DNA of 64,000 nt from Myxococcota bacterium (GTDB lineage: Bacteria > Myxococcota_A > UBA796 > CAJQPC01), in NCBI GenBank assembly GCA_036012755.1, contig DASCPX010000087.1, forward strand, positions 1-64,000, written 5' to 3'. The position numbers and the translations under genes are program-made. The notes below the pieces were generated by a model. That model saw nothing but the letters and a program-made list of their open reading frames with translations, was not told the origin of the DNA and made no database searches. This document shows positions 24,865 through 34,783 of this stretch, one piece after another (position 1 is the stretch's first letter; every line of letters begins with the position of its first letter).

Positions 24865-27467
24865 TCGAAGCAGTTGTTGTCCTCGGCGGCCTCGTAGATG
24901 ACCAGGTTGGCCCAGCAGGTGTTGGGAGAGGTGGTGTAGGCCTGGCCTCCGGAGCGGAGCACGATGTCGGCGCCGGTGATCCAGTCAGAGTCGCTGAGGG
25001 TCTCGGTCGTCTCGAGCACGTCGTCGATGTAGAAGTCGGCCGTCAGGTTCACGTGGTCCACGTGGATGCGCAGGGTGCTCCACTGGCTCGTCGGGACCGG
25101 GGGCGAAGACCAGGTCGTGATGGGCGTGGAGCTGCTGTAGGTGTTGCCGCCGGCCATTCCTGCCGAGGACAGCCCCTGGTTGAACCAGAGCCCGTTCTCG
25201 ACGTAGTTGTAGCCGTAGTGGTCGCCGTACCAGTAGACGTTCCAGCTCACGTGCGTGCTGCTGCTGGTCGGGTGGTAGATGTCGACCTCGATGGCCTCTA
25301 TGTCCTTTGTCGCGCGGGTGACCGGGATGTAGGCGTAGTTCCAGTCCGATGTCTGCTTCATGCAGGACACGCTGTCGACGCTCGTGTAGCTGTGGCCGCC
25401 CCAGCCCCCGTTGATGGTGGTCGAGCCGCTCGGCTTGCTCGACAGATCGTGGGACCAGACATCGACGAAGCAGGACCCACCGACCGTGACGGTCTCCTCG
25501 GCGTAGTCCCCCTCGTCGTCGCCGTCGTCGGGCGTCACGGTGCAGGTCCATTCGTCGCCGGCTTCGATCTCACCCTCGGGCACGGTGTCGTCGGTCTCGT
25601 CCGTGGTCTCCGTGCCGGTGAAGGAGGAGACACCGTCGTCCCACTCGAAGGTGTAGGTCACCGTGTCGTCGTCGGCATCAGCGCTGTCGGCGTCGATGAT
25701 GCACTGCAGCGACTCCCCGTCTTCGGGCATCTCGGGCTCGATCGAGATCTCCGGGGCCTCTGGCGGGGTGTTCAGGACGACCACGGTGTCAGAGGTCTCA
25801 GAGCTCCCGCTGTCGGCGTCGTCGCTGGGGGTCACGACGACGTACACCTCTTCGTCCTTGTCGAACCAGCTCTCGCCGTCGAGGGTCTCGTCCGTGCCGA
25901 CCGAGGAGCCCTCGACCCACCAGACGTAGTCGTAGGAGATGCTGATGTCGCCGTCAGCATCCGTGGCCGTGATCGAGAGGGTCGCCTCGCTGTCGGTGTA
26001 GAGGTCGCCGTCGATCGAGACCGAGCTGATCTCCGGAGCGGTGTTGGCCACGGTGGCCACGTCGCTCTTGACCGGATCGCCGTCCTCTGTGCCGTCGTTG
26101 GCGCGCACCCGCACGTAGATCTCGTCGCCCCGCTCGAAGTAGCTGCTGTCGAGCTCGTCACCGCCGACGGTCCAGGTGCCGTCGACGGTCCAACCCGCCG
26201 TGTAGGTCAGGCTGTCGCCGTCGTCATCCGAAGCGCCCGTGATCGTGTAGGTCAGGGTGTCCCCCTCGACCGGAGAGGTGGACGAGAGCGTCACGCTCGC
26301 GATGGTCGGCAGGGTGTTCGAGATCGTCAGCTCCTCGCTGAGCTCCTCTTCTCCGACGTCCGTGCCGTCGTCCGGGGCGAGCCCGCACTGCACGACGCTG
26401 TCCTTTGCGAAGTAGGTGGCGTCGATGGTCGCGTCGGAGGAGACCTCTGTGCCGTCGACGAGCCAGCGCTGGGCCCAGGTCAAGGTGTCACCCTCGTCGT
26501 CGTCGAGCCAGGCCCCCGAGCAGCTCAGCGTGTCGGCGACGTAGGCGGGATCGGGATCGATCACCACGCTGCCGGACTCGACCGTGGGCGGGGAGTTGTC
26601 GATCGTGAGGGAGGCCTCCGCAGGGTCACCGTCCTCTGTGCCGTCGTTGGGCAGGACGACGACCGCGACCTCCTGGTCCCGGCTGAAGAGCTCGGCCGAG
26701 AGCGAGCTGGTCCCGTCTCCGACCTCTGCCCCGTCGACGGACCAGGTGTAGGTCACCGTGAGGGTGTCCCCGTCGTTGTCGCTGGTGGCGATCTCGGCGG
26801 AGAGTTCGTCGGTGGTCACGGCTGGGTCGGGGCTGAGCGTGACCTCGACGGCGGGCAGGGCGTTTCCTATCTCGGCGTCGGCGGTGTCCTCGACCGAGTC
26901 GAGCGCGCCGTCGGAGACCGACAGCTCGATGGTCCACACCTCGCCGCGGGTCGTGTAGTCGGCGGAGACCGCGGCCTGGTCGTTCAGATCGGGCTGGGGG
27001 ACGCCGTCGATGGACCAGCGGGTCTCTGTGGTCAGGGCGTCGTCGTCGACGTCCGAGATCGTCCAGCTGAGCTCGAGGTCCTCGTCGGAGCGAGGCTCTT
27101 CAGGCTCGATGGACAGCGCCTCGATGGTCGGAAGGGTGTTGACCACCGTCACGCTGTGGCTCGTCGCCGGGCCCGCGTCCTTGCCGTCGTCTGCCCAGGC
27201 CTCGCACTTCCAGATCTCGCCCTTGGCCGTGTTCTCCGCAGGGACCGTGTCTTCGTCGAGATCCGGCACGAGGGTGCCGTCGACGTACCAGGTGTAGACG
27301 ACATCGAGGGAGTCGCCGTCGCTGTCGGTGGGGGACAGCGTGATGGTGACGACGAGGTCGTCTTCGGTGCCGGGCTCGGCAGGGGTGATCTCGAAGTCCA
27401 GCGCGGAGGGGGCGGTGTTCTTGCGACAAGCGCTGGGCAGGCAGGCGGCCAGGATGAGTGCGATCAT
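24861..27467 (-). CDS. Large surface protein with about 7 Ig-like repeats and a C-terminal lectin-like beta domain
   Basis: ATG 27467 overlaps upstream TGA; same repeat type as the downstream paralogue; distinct Trp/Tyr-rich C-terminal domain. Confidence 0.8.
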   Translation of the reverse strand: MIALILAACLPSACRKNTAPSALDFEITPAEPGTEDDLVVTITLSPTDSDGDSLDVVYTWYVDGTLVPDLDEDTVPAENTAKGEIWKCEAWADDGKDAGPATSHSVTVVNTLPTIEALSIEPEEPRSDEDLELSWTISDVDDDALTTETRWSIDGVPQPDLNDQAAVSADYTTRGEVWTIELSVSDGALDSVEDTADAEIGNALPAVEVTLSPDPAVTTDELSAEIATSDNDGDTLTVTYTWSVDGAEVGDGTSSLSAELFSRDQEVAVVVLPNDGTEDGDPAEASLTIDNSPPTVESGSVVIDPDPAYVADTLSCSGAWLDDDEGDTLTWAQRWLVDGTEVSSDATIDATYFAKDSVVQCGLAPDDGTDVGEEELSEELTISNTLPTIASVTLSSTSPVEGDTLTYTITGASDDDGDSLTYTAGWTVDGTWTVGGDELDSSYFERGDEIYVRVRANDGTEDGDPVKSDVATVANTAPEISSVSIDGDLYTDSEATLSITATDADGDISISYDYVWWVEGSSVGTDETLDGESWFDKDEEVYVVVTPSDDADSGSSETSDTVVVLNTPPEAPEISIEPEMPEDGESLQCIIDADSADADDDTVTYTFEWDDGVSSFTGTETTDETDDTVPEGEIEAGDEWTCTVTPDDGDDEGDYAEETVTVGGSCFVDVWSHDLSSKPSGSTTINGGWGGHSYTSVDSVSCMKQTSDWNYAYIPVTRATKDIEAIEVDIYHPTSSSTHVSWNVYWYGDHYGYNYVENGLWFNQGLSSAGMAGGNTYSSSTPITTWSSPPVPTSQWSTLRIHVDHVNLTADFYIDDVLETTETLSDSDWITGADIVLRSGGQAYTTSPNTCWANLVIYEAAEDNNCFE

Positions 27468-28825
27468 TGGTCGAAGGGCTCCCACTGAGTAGTGTCGCGG
27501 TTTGCCAGGAAGCGCTTGCCGGTGACGACAGCCACGGCGACGCCGGCGACGCCGAGGCCTGTAACCGTGGTTCCGACGACCAGTCCGGAGCGGGCGGTGC
27601 CACGGAGTTCGCCTTCCTGGGCGTAGACGAGGTTCGCGGTCTCGATGTCGCCGTCCTCTACGAGGATGGCGTAGCGATCCGCTGCGTCGGCCGCGTCACT
27701 CCTGGCCTCGATGGCCACGAACAGCTTGGCGGCTCCGAGTCCCACACCGGCGAGGCCGACAGCGGCGCCGCCGAGCGCCATCCAGCCGTCCTTGCCGAGG
27801 CCCGAGCCGGAGGTGGCCTTGTACTGGGTGTAGGCCGTGGTCAGGGTGGCGACCCCCTCGAGCTGCCGCCAGGCGACCGGCTCGGCCGAGACCTGGCCTC
27901 CGACGGCGAAGAACTTCCCCTCCATCGAGCCGAGCAGTGGATGCTCGAAGGTGTAGACCCACTCGCCTGCGGCCAGGCCCTCGAACTGCAAGGGCGCGAT
28001 GCGGATGCCGAGGTCCTCGTCCAGCTCACCCTCGTCGCGGGGGGTCGTCACCGGGTCCATCGGCTCGGGCCCCGCCGTGAAGGTCAGGGTCGTGCCCTCG
28101 GGGATGGCCAGCAGGGTCACGGCCGCCGGCAACAGCTGGCTCACGTCGATGCTCTGGGTCTCGCCCTCGGCGATGACCAGCGGCACCGAGCGCTCGCCGG
28201 TCGCGCCCTTGACCACCAGCGCGTGATCGCCGGTGACGAGCGAGGTCTCGCCGGCCTCCACGGGCCGGCCGTCCACGAGGACGCTGATGCCTTCTCCCAC
28301 GCCGGTGAGGGAGACCACGCCCCGCCCCAGGAAGGTCACCTCGACCTTGACCGCCTTGGTGGAGCCGGGGCCGCCCGTGGTGAAGGGCACCGCCGCGGGC
28401 TCGTAGCCTTCGCCGCTGACCTCGAGGACGAGCTTCGTGCTCGGGCTCAGATCGCGCAGGGCAGATCCGTTCGCCCGCACCGTCCGGCCGATGTCCTGGA
28501 CGGTCACCGTCGGGGGCTGCTCCGCGTCCGCCCCTTCGATCTTCAGCGTGACCGTGGCGTAGTCGGCAGCCAGGCTGTCCACGAGCGCCTGTAGACCGGG
28601 CTCCGGACGAAGGGCCAAGGCCTGGCGGTAGGCCGCCAGCGCCGCGGGGGTGTTGCCCGTGCAGCGAGCGGCGTCGCCCACACCGCGCCATGCCTTGGGA
28701 TCGGTGGGATCCTCCGCGGTCCAGGCCTTCGCCGCTTCTGCGGCCTCCGAGCAGCGACCCGCTGCCAGGGCATCCTGAACCTCTGTGAGGGACGACGCCC
28801 AAGAGAGCGTCACGAGCAGCAACAT
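27464..28825 (-). CDS. TPR + PEGA-like membrane-associated protein
   Basis: TGATG overlap; AWRGVGDAARCTGN..AALAAYRQALALRP TPR; SVLVDGRPV PEGA-like; two hydrophobic helices near the C-terminus. Confidence 0.75.
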   Translation of the reverse strand: MLLLVTLSWASSLTEVQDALAAGRCSEAAEAAKAWTAEDPTDPKAWRGVGDAARCTGNTPAALAAYRQALALRPEPGLQALVDSLAADYATVTLKIEGADAEQPPTVTVQDIGRTVRANGSALRDLSPSTKLVLEVSGEGYEPAAVPFTTGGPGSTKAVKVEVTFLGRGVVSLTGVGEGISVLVDGRPVEAGETSLVTGDHALVVKGATGERSVPLVIAEGETQSIDVSQLLPAAVTLLAIPEGTTLTFTAGPEPMDPVTTPRDEGELDEDLGIRIAPLQFEGLAAGEWVYTFEHPLLGSMEGKFFAVGGQVSAEPVAWRQLEGVATLTTAYTQYKATSGSGLGKDGWMALGGAAVGLAGVGLGAAKLFVAIEARSDAADAADRYAILVEDGDIETANLVYAQEGELRGTARSGLVVGTTVTGLGVAGVAVAVVTGKRFLANRDTTQWEPFDQ

Positions 28826-30585
28826 CAGGGACCCTCCATCAACCACGCGTGGCCCACCTGACTATCCGACCAGGGCGCTCCGACCAGGAGATCCGGCACG
28901 AAGTCGCCAGAGAGATCGACCCCTCCGACCATGGCAGTGCCGAAGCCCCCGTCCTCGTCCCGGCCGACGATGACCCGATCTGGATCGACCTCGATGTCCA
29001 AGGTGCCCGTGTGGCCGTTGAGGAAGAGGTAGACCTCTCCGGGGTCCACGTTGGGGGCGCCGACCGCGAAGTCGACGGCACCGTCGGCGTTCCAGTCTCC
29101 CAGCGCCACCGAGTGACCGACCTGGGTGAAGTTGTCGGAGTCGATGTGCACCGGGGCGTCCGACACGCCCACCGAACCGGTGGTGTTGCCCCAGACGAGC
29201 CATGCGTCGTTGTGCCCGCCGAAGATGATGTCCCCGAGACCGTCTCCGTCGACGTCCCCGCCGGTGGCCACCGCCAGCCCCGGATAGGCCATCTGCTCCT
29301 CGCCACCGACCACCAGGGAGGCGACGTCAGAGAGCGCGACGCTGCCCGTCTCGCCATGGGGAACCACGCAGATGGAGCCCTGGTAGTCGTGGTCGTAGGG
29401 CGCGCCCACGACGAGCTCGTCGAGGCCGTCACCGTCGTGGTCCGTCTTCGTCAGCACCGGCCAGTTGACGCTGCCGTCGCTGTCCGGGCGGAGGGAGACG
29501 ACAGCATCGTCGCTGTCGCTGGCGCCGGAGAGCGGCCCGAGGAAGCCGAGGATCCGGCCATCGGCTGGCGGCCACATCGAGCTCCCCGTGGCCAGGTCGT
29601 CCTGGCCGTCGCCGTCGAGATCGACCGCCGTGACGCCGTAGCCGAGGATGCTCACGCCGTAGGGACCCGTGGCAGCTGCGTCGGCCTCTGCGAGGGGCAC
29701 CGAGCCGGTGGTCGAGCCCGAGATCACGAAGGTCCCGCCGTAGTCGTTGCCGTCGTAGTAGCGGGGCACGGCGACGAGGAGGTCCGCCACGCCGTCACCG
29801 GTGAGCTCTCCCGAGGCCAGGCTCCGCGCGGTCAGCCAGCCCGTGTCGCCCTCCATGCTCAGGGGGGCATGGAGGAGATCGATCTCGCCGCTGAGTCGCC
29901 CCGTCCAGAGAAAGGCGGCCTCGATCCCCTCCCCGCTCACGAGGAGCTCGGGAAGGCCGTCGCCGTCGAGGTCCTCGACAAGCGCCAACGCGTTGCCGAC
30001 CTCTGCGACGCCACCGGTGGTCGTGATCACCGCCGCGGCGTCGTCCTCGCCGTATTCCTCGTCCACGGAGCCGTCGCAGTCGTTGTCCTTTCCGTCGATC
30101 CACTCGCCGTGCCAGGGGCTGACGTGGTCGTCGCTGTCGTCGCAGTCCGTGCCGGCGTCCACCCCAGTCCCGACCGTGTCGCTTCCATAGCCGTCACCGT
30201 CGGCGTCGACCGTGCACAGCTCCGCCTCGGAGCTCGCCGCCCCCGGGTAGACCGTGGCGTCGAGGTCGTCGCAGTCAGCTCCTCCGGTCCAGATCGCGGC
30301 GTAGCCGTCACCGTCGACGTCGGTCCCGTCGACCCCGTCACAGTTCTGGTCGACGCCGTCCTGGGAGTCGTCCACAGCCCCCTGGAAGATGGCGCCGTCC
30401 TCTGGGGCGCAGTCCAGCCCGTCGACGACGCCGTCGCCGTCGCTGTCGAAGGGGCCTGTGTCGAGAACGCTGTCGACGGGGCTGTCCGCGGGGCTGTCCA
30501 CTGGGCTGTCGGTCGCTGGTGAGTCCGTGTCCTCGGGGATGTCCCCCTCATCCTTGTCGCCACAGGCGAGCAGGAGCAGGATCAC
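28825..30585 (-). CDS. Lipoprotein with MopE-type repeats and FG-GAP (integrin-alpha) propeller
   Basis: GTG 30585 overlaps upstream TGA; ILLLLAC; DCDD repeats; DLDGDGLPELLV, DHDGDGLDELVVGAP, GDWNADGAVDFAVGAP. Confidence 0.87.
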   Translation of the reverse strand: MILLLLACGDKDEGDIPEDTDSPATDSPVDSPADSPVDSVLDTGPFDSDGDGVVDGLDCAPEDGAIFQGAVDDSQDGVDQNCDGVDGTDVDGDGYAAIWTGGADCDDLDATVYPGAASSEAELCTVDADGDGYGSDTVGTGVDAGTDCDDSDDHVSPWHGEWIDGKDNDCDGSVDEEYGEDDAAAVITTTGGVAEVGNALALVEDLDGDGLPELLVSGEGIEAAFLWTGRLSGEIDLLHAPLSMEGDTGWLTARSLASGELTGDGVADLLVAVPRYYDGNDYGGTFVISGSTTGSVPLAEADAAATGPYGVSILGYGVTAVDLDGDGQDDLATGSSMWPPADGRILGFLGPLSGASDSDDAVVSLRPDSDGSVNWPVLTKTDHDGDGLDELVVGAPYDHDYQGSICVVPHGETGSVALSDVASLVVGGEEQMAYPGLAVATGGDVDGDGLGDIIFGGHNDAWLVWGNTTGSVGVSDAPVHIDSDNFTQVGHSVALGDWNADGAVDFAVGAPNVDPGEVYLFLNGHTGTLDIEVDPDRVIVGRDEDGGFGTAMVGGVDLSGDFVPDLLVGAPWSDSQVGHAWLMEGP

Positions 30586-32609
30586 CGCTCGCCTCCGAGC
30601 AGCACCCACGTGACACCCCCGAGCTGGAGGTCCTCGCCGGTGTCCTCTGGGTAGCTCTTCTGCCAGGCGGCGATGGCGAAGTCCCCGACCCCGTCGCCGC
30701 TGACGTCGCCCAGGAAGGCCACCTCGTCCCCGAGGAAGCCGATGTCGTCATCGCTGGAGAACACGATGTCCGCCTCGTCGGTGGTCAAGGTGCCGGACTG
30801 ACCGCCGCGGTAGATCGACACCGAGTTGGTGTTGGCACTGCCGACGACGACCTCTGCGAGGCCGTCCCCCGTGATGTCGCCGCCGGCGATGGTCCGGCCG
30901 TCGAACTGGTAGGCCGAGGTGCCGCCGACGTCGAGGATGGCCACGTCCTCTACCGAGCCGCTCTTTTCGGTCCCCCCGGGCACGAGCCACCAGCCGCCGC
31001 TGTAGCCGGAGCCCTTGCGGTACTCGGTCACGGCCAGGTCGTTCAGCCCGTCCCCGTCGTAGTCCCCGACCGCGGCGAAGTCGTAGCCGAAGTAGCCGAC
31101 GCTCGACTGGCCGACGAGCTCGATGTCCGCGGCGTCGTCGATGTACATCGTGCCGCTGAGCCCCGGCTCGATGATCCACAGGGTGTTGGAGTAGTAGTAG
31201 GACACCACCCAGTCGGAGAGCCCGTCGCCGTCGAGGTCCTGGCACTGCACGAGCTCCAGCCCGGGCCACCCGTCGTTGGCAGAGGTGTAGAGGCTCAGCT
31301 CGGCCACGTCCCCGATGGTGCCGCTCGCCAACGCCGCGCTGCCCAGCACGAGGTGGGCGGTGGGGTCGCCGACACCCTGCTCGCCCAGCGCGAGGTCGTC
31401 GAGGCCGTCGCCGTCCCAGTCGCCTATGCCTGCCGCGGTCTCCCCCAGCTCCGAGCTCGTCCCGGTGCCGGTCCAGATGAGGTCCTGCTCCAGGGCCAGG
31501 AAGCTGCCGCTCTGGCTCCCCCAGAGGATGGTCGCGAAGCCGGTGTTGTCGTTGGAGCCGCCGGTGTCGTAGTAGCGGCCCCCGGTGACGACGTCGCCCT
31601 TGCCGTCCCCATCGAAGTCGCCGGTGCCCACCGCTTCGGCCATGTGGTCGTAGCTGCCCCACTCACCGGTCATGTACAGGGTGACATCCGACAGGTCCTG
31701 GGCCCCCGCGCCCACCCCCTCGACGATGGTGAACTTGCCCGCGTAGTCCTTTGGCTCGTCGCTGCCGATGAGCAGCTCCGGCAAGCCGTCGCCGTCCCGA
31801 TCCGGCACGGACATCACGACCTTGCCCATCTTCTCGTGGTAGTCGCCGTAGAACATCGCCCACGCGGCGTCGTCGAGGGAGCCGTTGTCGTCGACGAGGC
31901 CGTCGCAGTTGTCGTCGGCGCCGTCGACCCAGTCGAGCTGACCCGGGTGGACGGAGACGTCGCTATCGTCGCAGTCCCTCCCTGCCGTGATCGGGTCTTC
32001 CGCCGCCTCGTCACCCCAGCCGTCGTCGTCCGCGTCTCGCATGCAGTCGACATCGGACTCGGTCTGGGCGGCCCCCGGGTGGGTGTCCCCGTCGTCGTCG
32101 TCGCAGTCCGTGCCACCGACCGCAGAGTCCACGTAGCCGTCGCCGTCGCCGTCCGGTCCGTCGACCCCATCGCAGTTCTGGTCGGCCCCGTCGACGCTGA
32201 GATCCTCTGCCTCGGGGTTCACTGCAGCGTCGTCGTCGTCGCAGTCTGTGCCCCCGGCGTCAGCGTCGACGTAGCCATCGCCGTCGACATCGGGTCCGTC
32301 GAGGCCGTCGCAGTCCTGGTCGACGCCATCGACCGTCGGGTCCGAGGCCCCCGGGTTTACGTCCGGGTCGCTGTCGTCGCAGTCGTCGGACCCGAACCAG
32401 CCGTCGCCGTCGTCGTCGTGGGGTCCCGTGTCCCCTGGAGGTCCCGTGTCCCCGGTGTCGGCGGGAGCGCAGTCGGCCGACCCAGCGCAGTCGGGGTCCT
32501 CGCAGTCGATGAGGCCGTCGTCGTCCTCGTCGAGGCCGGTGACACACTCACCGGGGTCGTCCCCCTCGACTTCCTTGCAGGCCAGGGCCAGGATCAGGAG
32601 CATTCTCAT
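30582..32609 (-). CDS. Lipoprotein with MopE-type repeats and FG-GAP propeller
   Basis: MRMLLILALAC; DCDD repeats; seven GD.DGDG..D FG-GAP blades. Confidence 0.88.
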   Translation of the reverse strand: MRMLLILALACKEVEGDDPGECVTGLDEDDDGLIDCEDPDCAGSADCAPADTGDTGPPGDTGPHDDDGDGWFGSDDCDDSDPDVNPGASDPTVDGVDQDCDGLDGPDVDGDGYVDADAGGTDCDDDDAAVNPEAEDLSVDGADQNCDGVDGPDGDGDGYVDSAVGGTDCDDDDGDTHPGAAQTESDVDCMRDADDDGWGDEAAEDPITAGRDCDDSDVSVHPGQLDWVDGADDNCDGLVDDNGSLDDAAWAMFYGDYHEKMGKVVMSVPDRDGDGLPELLIGSDEPKDYAGKFTIVEGVGAGAQDLSDVTLYMTGEWGSYDHMAEAVGTGDFDGDGKGDVVTGGRYYDTGGSNDNTGFATILWGSQSGSFLALEQDLIWTGTGTSSELGETAAGIGDWDGDGLDDLALGEQGVGDPTAHLVLGSAALASGTIGDVAELSLYTSANDGWPGLELVQCQDLDGDGLSDWVVSYYYSNTLWIIEPGLSGTMYIDDAADIELVGQSSVGYFGYDFAAVGDYDGDGLNDLAVTEYRKGSGYSGGWWLVPGGTEKSGSVEDVAILDVGGTSAYQFDGRTIAGGDITGDGLAEVVVGSANTNSVSIYRGGQSGTLTTDEADIVFSSDDDIGFLGDEVAFLGDVSGDGVGDFAIAAWQKSYPEDTGEDLQLGGVTWVLLGGER

Positions 32610-32673
32610 CTCGGATCAGGAGTGCCGGGCACTGTATCGGAGTCGGGCAGAGAAGTGGACCCCGATCCTGGTT

Positions 32674-34761
32674 CTACCGGCAGATCGCTGTCGACCCCGT
32701 GACGCTGCAGGAGATGGACTTGCCCCCGGAGACACCCTGGACGTTCACCGGCGGCCCGTAGGACTTGATGGTCATCTTGCAGCCGGTGCCGACGTTCGTG
32801 AGCGTCGCAGTGTTGCCTACGACGTTGGCGCGCTGGGAGCCGCTGGGGCAGCTGACCTGCACCTGGGTCGCGTCGATGCCGCTGATCTTCACGATGAGCG
32901 TGCCGCCTGGGACCTTCGGAACTGAGGAGCCACCGCCGCCGCTGCTCGAGGATCCGGAGCCCGGGTTGCGATTGGTCGTGTTGGAGGTCGGCTTGCGCTC
33001 CGGTTGCTCCTCCAAGGGCTCGTCACTGTCGACAGCCGCGGCGCCGTCTGATGCCTTCGACGATCCGTTCGTCCCCTTGGCGACGTCGGCATCGGCCGCC
33101 GCGTTGTCGGCGACCTCTGCGGGATCCGTGTTCTCCCAGGGCCGGAGCCAGACCGCCGCGAAGACCGAGACGCCGACGAGCAGCATCATCGCCAACAGGA
33201 TGGCGAAGACGCGGTTGGACTGGGTGCGGGCGCCGGCGTCGGCGGGGGGGGGCTCACCGGGGCCGCCGCCGACCTGGAAGGGCGTCGCGGCCTTGCCGGA
33301 CTCGTAGCTGGCGACCGGGCCCTTGCCCGGCTGGCCTGCGACCGGACCGCGGATCCCACCAGGAGCCTGGGCGACCGGGCCCTGGGCGATGGGTGCACCG
33401 GGCCCCTGGGCGATGGGCCCCGGGGGAGGCGCCGCAGGAGGTGAAGCGGTCGGACGGCTGTCCTTTGGCGCCGGGATGGCGAAGAAGGCGGTCGCGCTGG
33501 GATCCGCCTCGACGTCGGCTTCTTCCGAGTCCTCTCGAAGGGGGACCATCTCGAGCATCCCGGTCTCGTCCGGGCTGCGCGAGCCCACCTCCCGGACCCT
33601 GGGCTTCCGGGCACCGGCGGGCTCCCATGGGGAAGCCTCCGGCTCCGGGGCGCCACGCTTGTCTGGCTCCTTCCGCCCGGTCGAGGGTTTCTCCGACTGC
33701 TTGCGGGCCTCTGCCTCGCGAGCCATGGACGCGCGCAGGCGCTCCTCCATCGACATGCGACGACGGCGCTGGTTGCCGGACGAGTAGGGCGCACGCCCGA
33801 CGGCCCCGTCGAGGGTGGGTGGATCGGCGAGGTCGTAGATCGAACCGTAGAAGAACTCGGCGAACTCGGCGAGGTAGGAGCCCCTGTCGCGGTAGAGCTG
33901 CTGGCGCAGATCGACCAACAGATCCTGGCCGTTGCGGTAGCGGCCGTCGGGGTTGGCCTGCAGAAGCTTTGCGATGATGGGGCCGACCCCGGGCAGCTTC
34001 GCCTCGAGCTCCTGGCACTGGTCCTGGAGCGCGCCGCGCTCGATGTCGTCGAAGATGTCCCCGAGGGGATCGTGGCTGTCCTCCGCGAGGCGGTAGGCCG
34101 CCTTGTTCATGAACAGCTCGTAGGCGATGAGCCCGAGGCTGAACAGATCCGTGCGGTGGTCGACACCGTCGCCGCTGGCCTGCTCGGGCGCCATGTAGAT
34201 CGGCGTGCCCTTGATGCGGTCGCCGGCTTCGCGAGCGTACTCGTCGTTGTCGACCCGCGCGAGGCCGAAGTCGAGGATCTTCACCTCGCCCGAGCGCGTC
34301 AGCATGATGTTCTCGGGCTTCAGATCCCGGTGGACGAGGTTGAGAGACTCGCCGTTGTCGCTGGGGGTCGTGAAGGCCTGGTACAGCGCGTCCGCGAGCT
34401 CGCAGATCATCTCGACGGCGGCCTCTGTGAAGACCTGCTCGCGGGCCCGCGCGCACTCGTCGAGCACCTGGCGGAGCGTGATGCCGTGCACGTACTCCAT
34501 GACGACCGCGTCGTCGTCCTGGAGGTACTCGAAGACGCGGACGATGCCGCGGTGCTTGACCTCGTCGAGGAGCGCGAACTCCTGGAGCAGGGCGTCGCGG
34601 TTGTGCTCGTTGGTCTCCTTGAGCTTCTTGATCGCGACGAGCCGCCGCTTGCCAGAGCTGATGCCCCGGCCCGGGACCTCGCCGACCGCGACGTAGACGG
34701 TGCCGTACTGACCGGAGCCGAGCTCGCGGAGGATTTCGTAGTTGCGTATGTGGCGAGGCAT
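32674..34761 (-). CDS. Membrane-anchored Hanks-type Ser/Thr protein kinase
   Basis: LGSGQYGTVY, VAIKKL, HRDLKPEN, DFGLA, GTPIYMAPEQ; Pro-rich linker; one TM; small Cys-containing external domain. Confidence 0.95.
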   Translation of the reverse strand: MPRHIRNYEILRELGSGQYGTVYVAVGEVPGRGISSGKRRLVAIKKLKETNEHNRDALLQEFALLDEVKHRGIVRVFEYLQDDDAVVMEYVHGITLRQVLDECARAREQVFTEAAVEMICELADALYQAFTTPSDNGESLNLVHRDLKPENIMLTRSGEVKILDFGLARVDNDEYAREAGDRIKGTPIYMAPEQASGDGVDHRTDLFSLGLIAYELFMNKAAYRLAEDSHDPLGDIFDDIERGALQDQCQELEAKLPGVGPIIAKLLQANPDGRYRNGQDLLVDLRQQLYRDRGSYLAEFAEFFYGSIYDLADPPTLDGAVGRAPYSSGNQRRRRMSMEERLRASMAREAEARKQSEKPSTGRKEPDKRGAPEPEASPWEPAGARKPRVREVGSRSPDETGMLEMVPLREDSEEADVEADPSATAFFAIPAPKDSRPTASPPAAPPPGPIAQGPGAPIAQGPVAQAPGGIRGPVAGQPGKGPVASYESGKAATPFQVGGGPGEPPPADAGARTQSNRVFAILLAMMLLVGVSVFAAVWLRPWENTDPAEVADNAAADADVAKGTNGSSKASDGAAAVDSDEPLEEQPERKPTSNTTNRNPGSGSSSSGGGGSSVPKVPGGTLIVKISGIDATQVQVSCPSGSQRANVVGNTATLTNVGTGCKMTIKSYGPPVNVQGVSGGKSISCSVTGSTAICR

Positions 34762-34783
34762 TGCAGCGGGAGTGTACTCCGGT

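Noticed and set aside
24828..27488. 886-aa plus-strand ORF and similar long overlapping ORFs (e.g. 30519-32702, 34949-37033, 47796-50165, 58683-61160)
   Set aside because: Antisense shadows typical of high-GC DNA, opposite well-supported genes.
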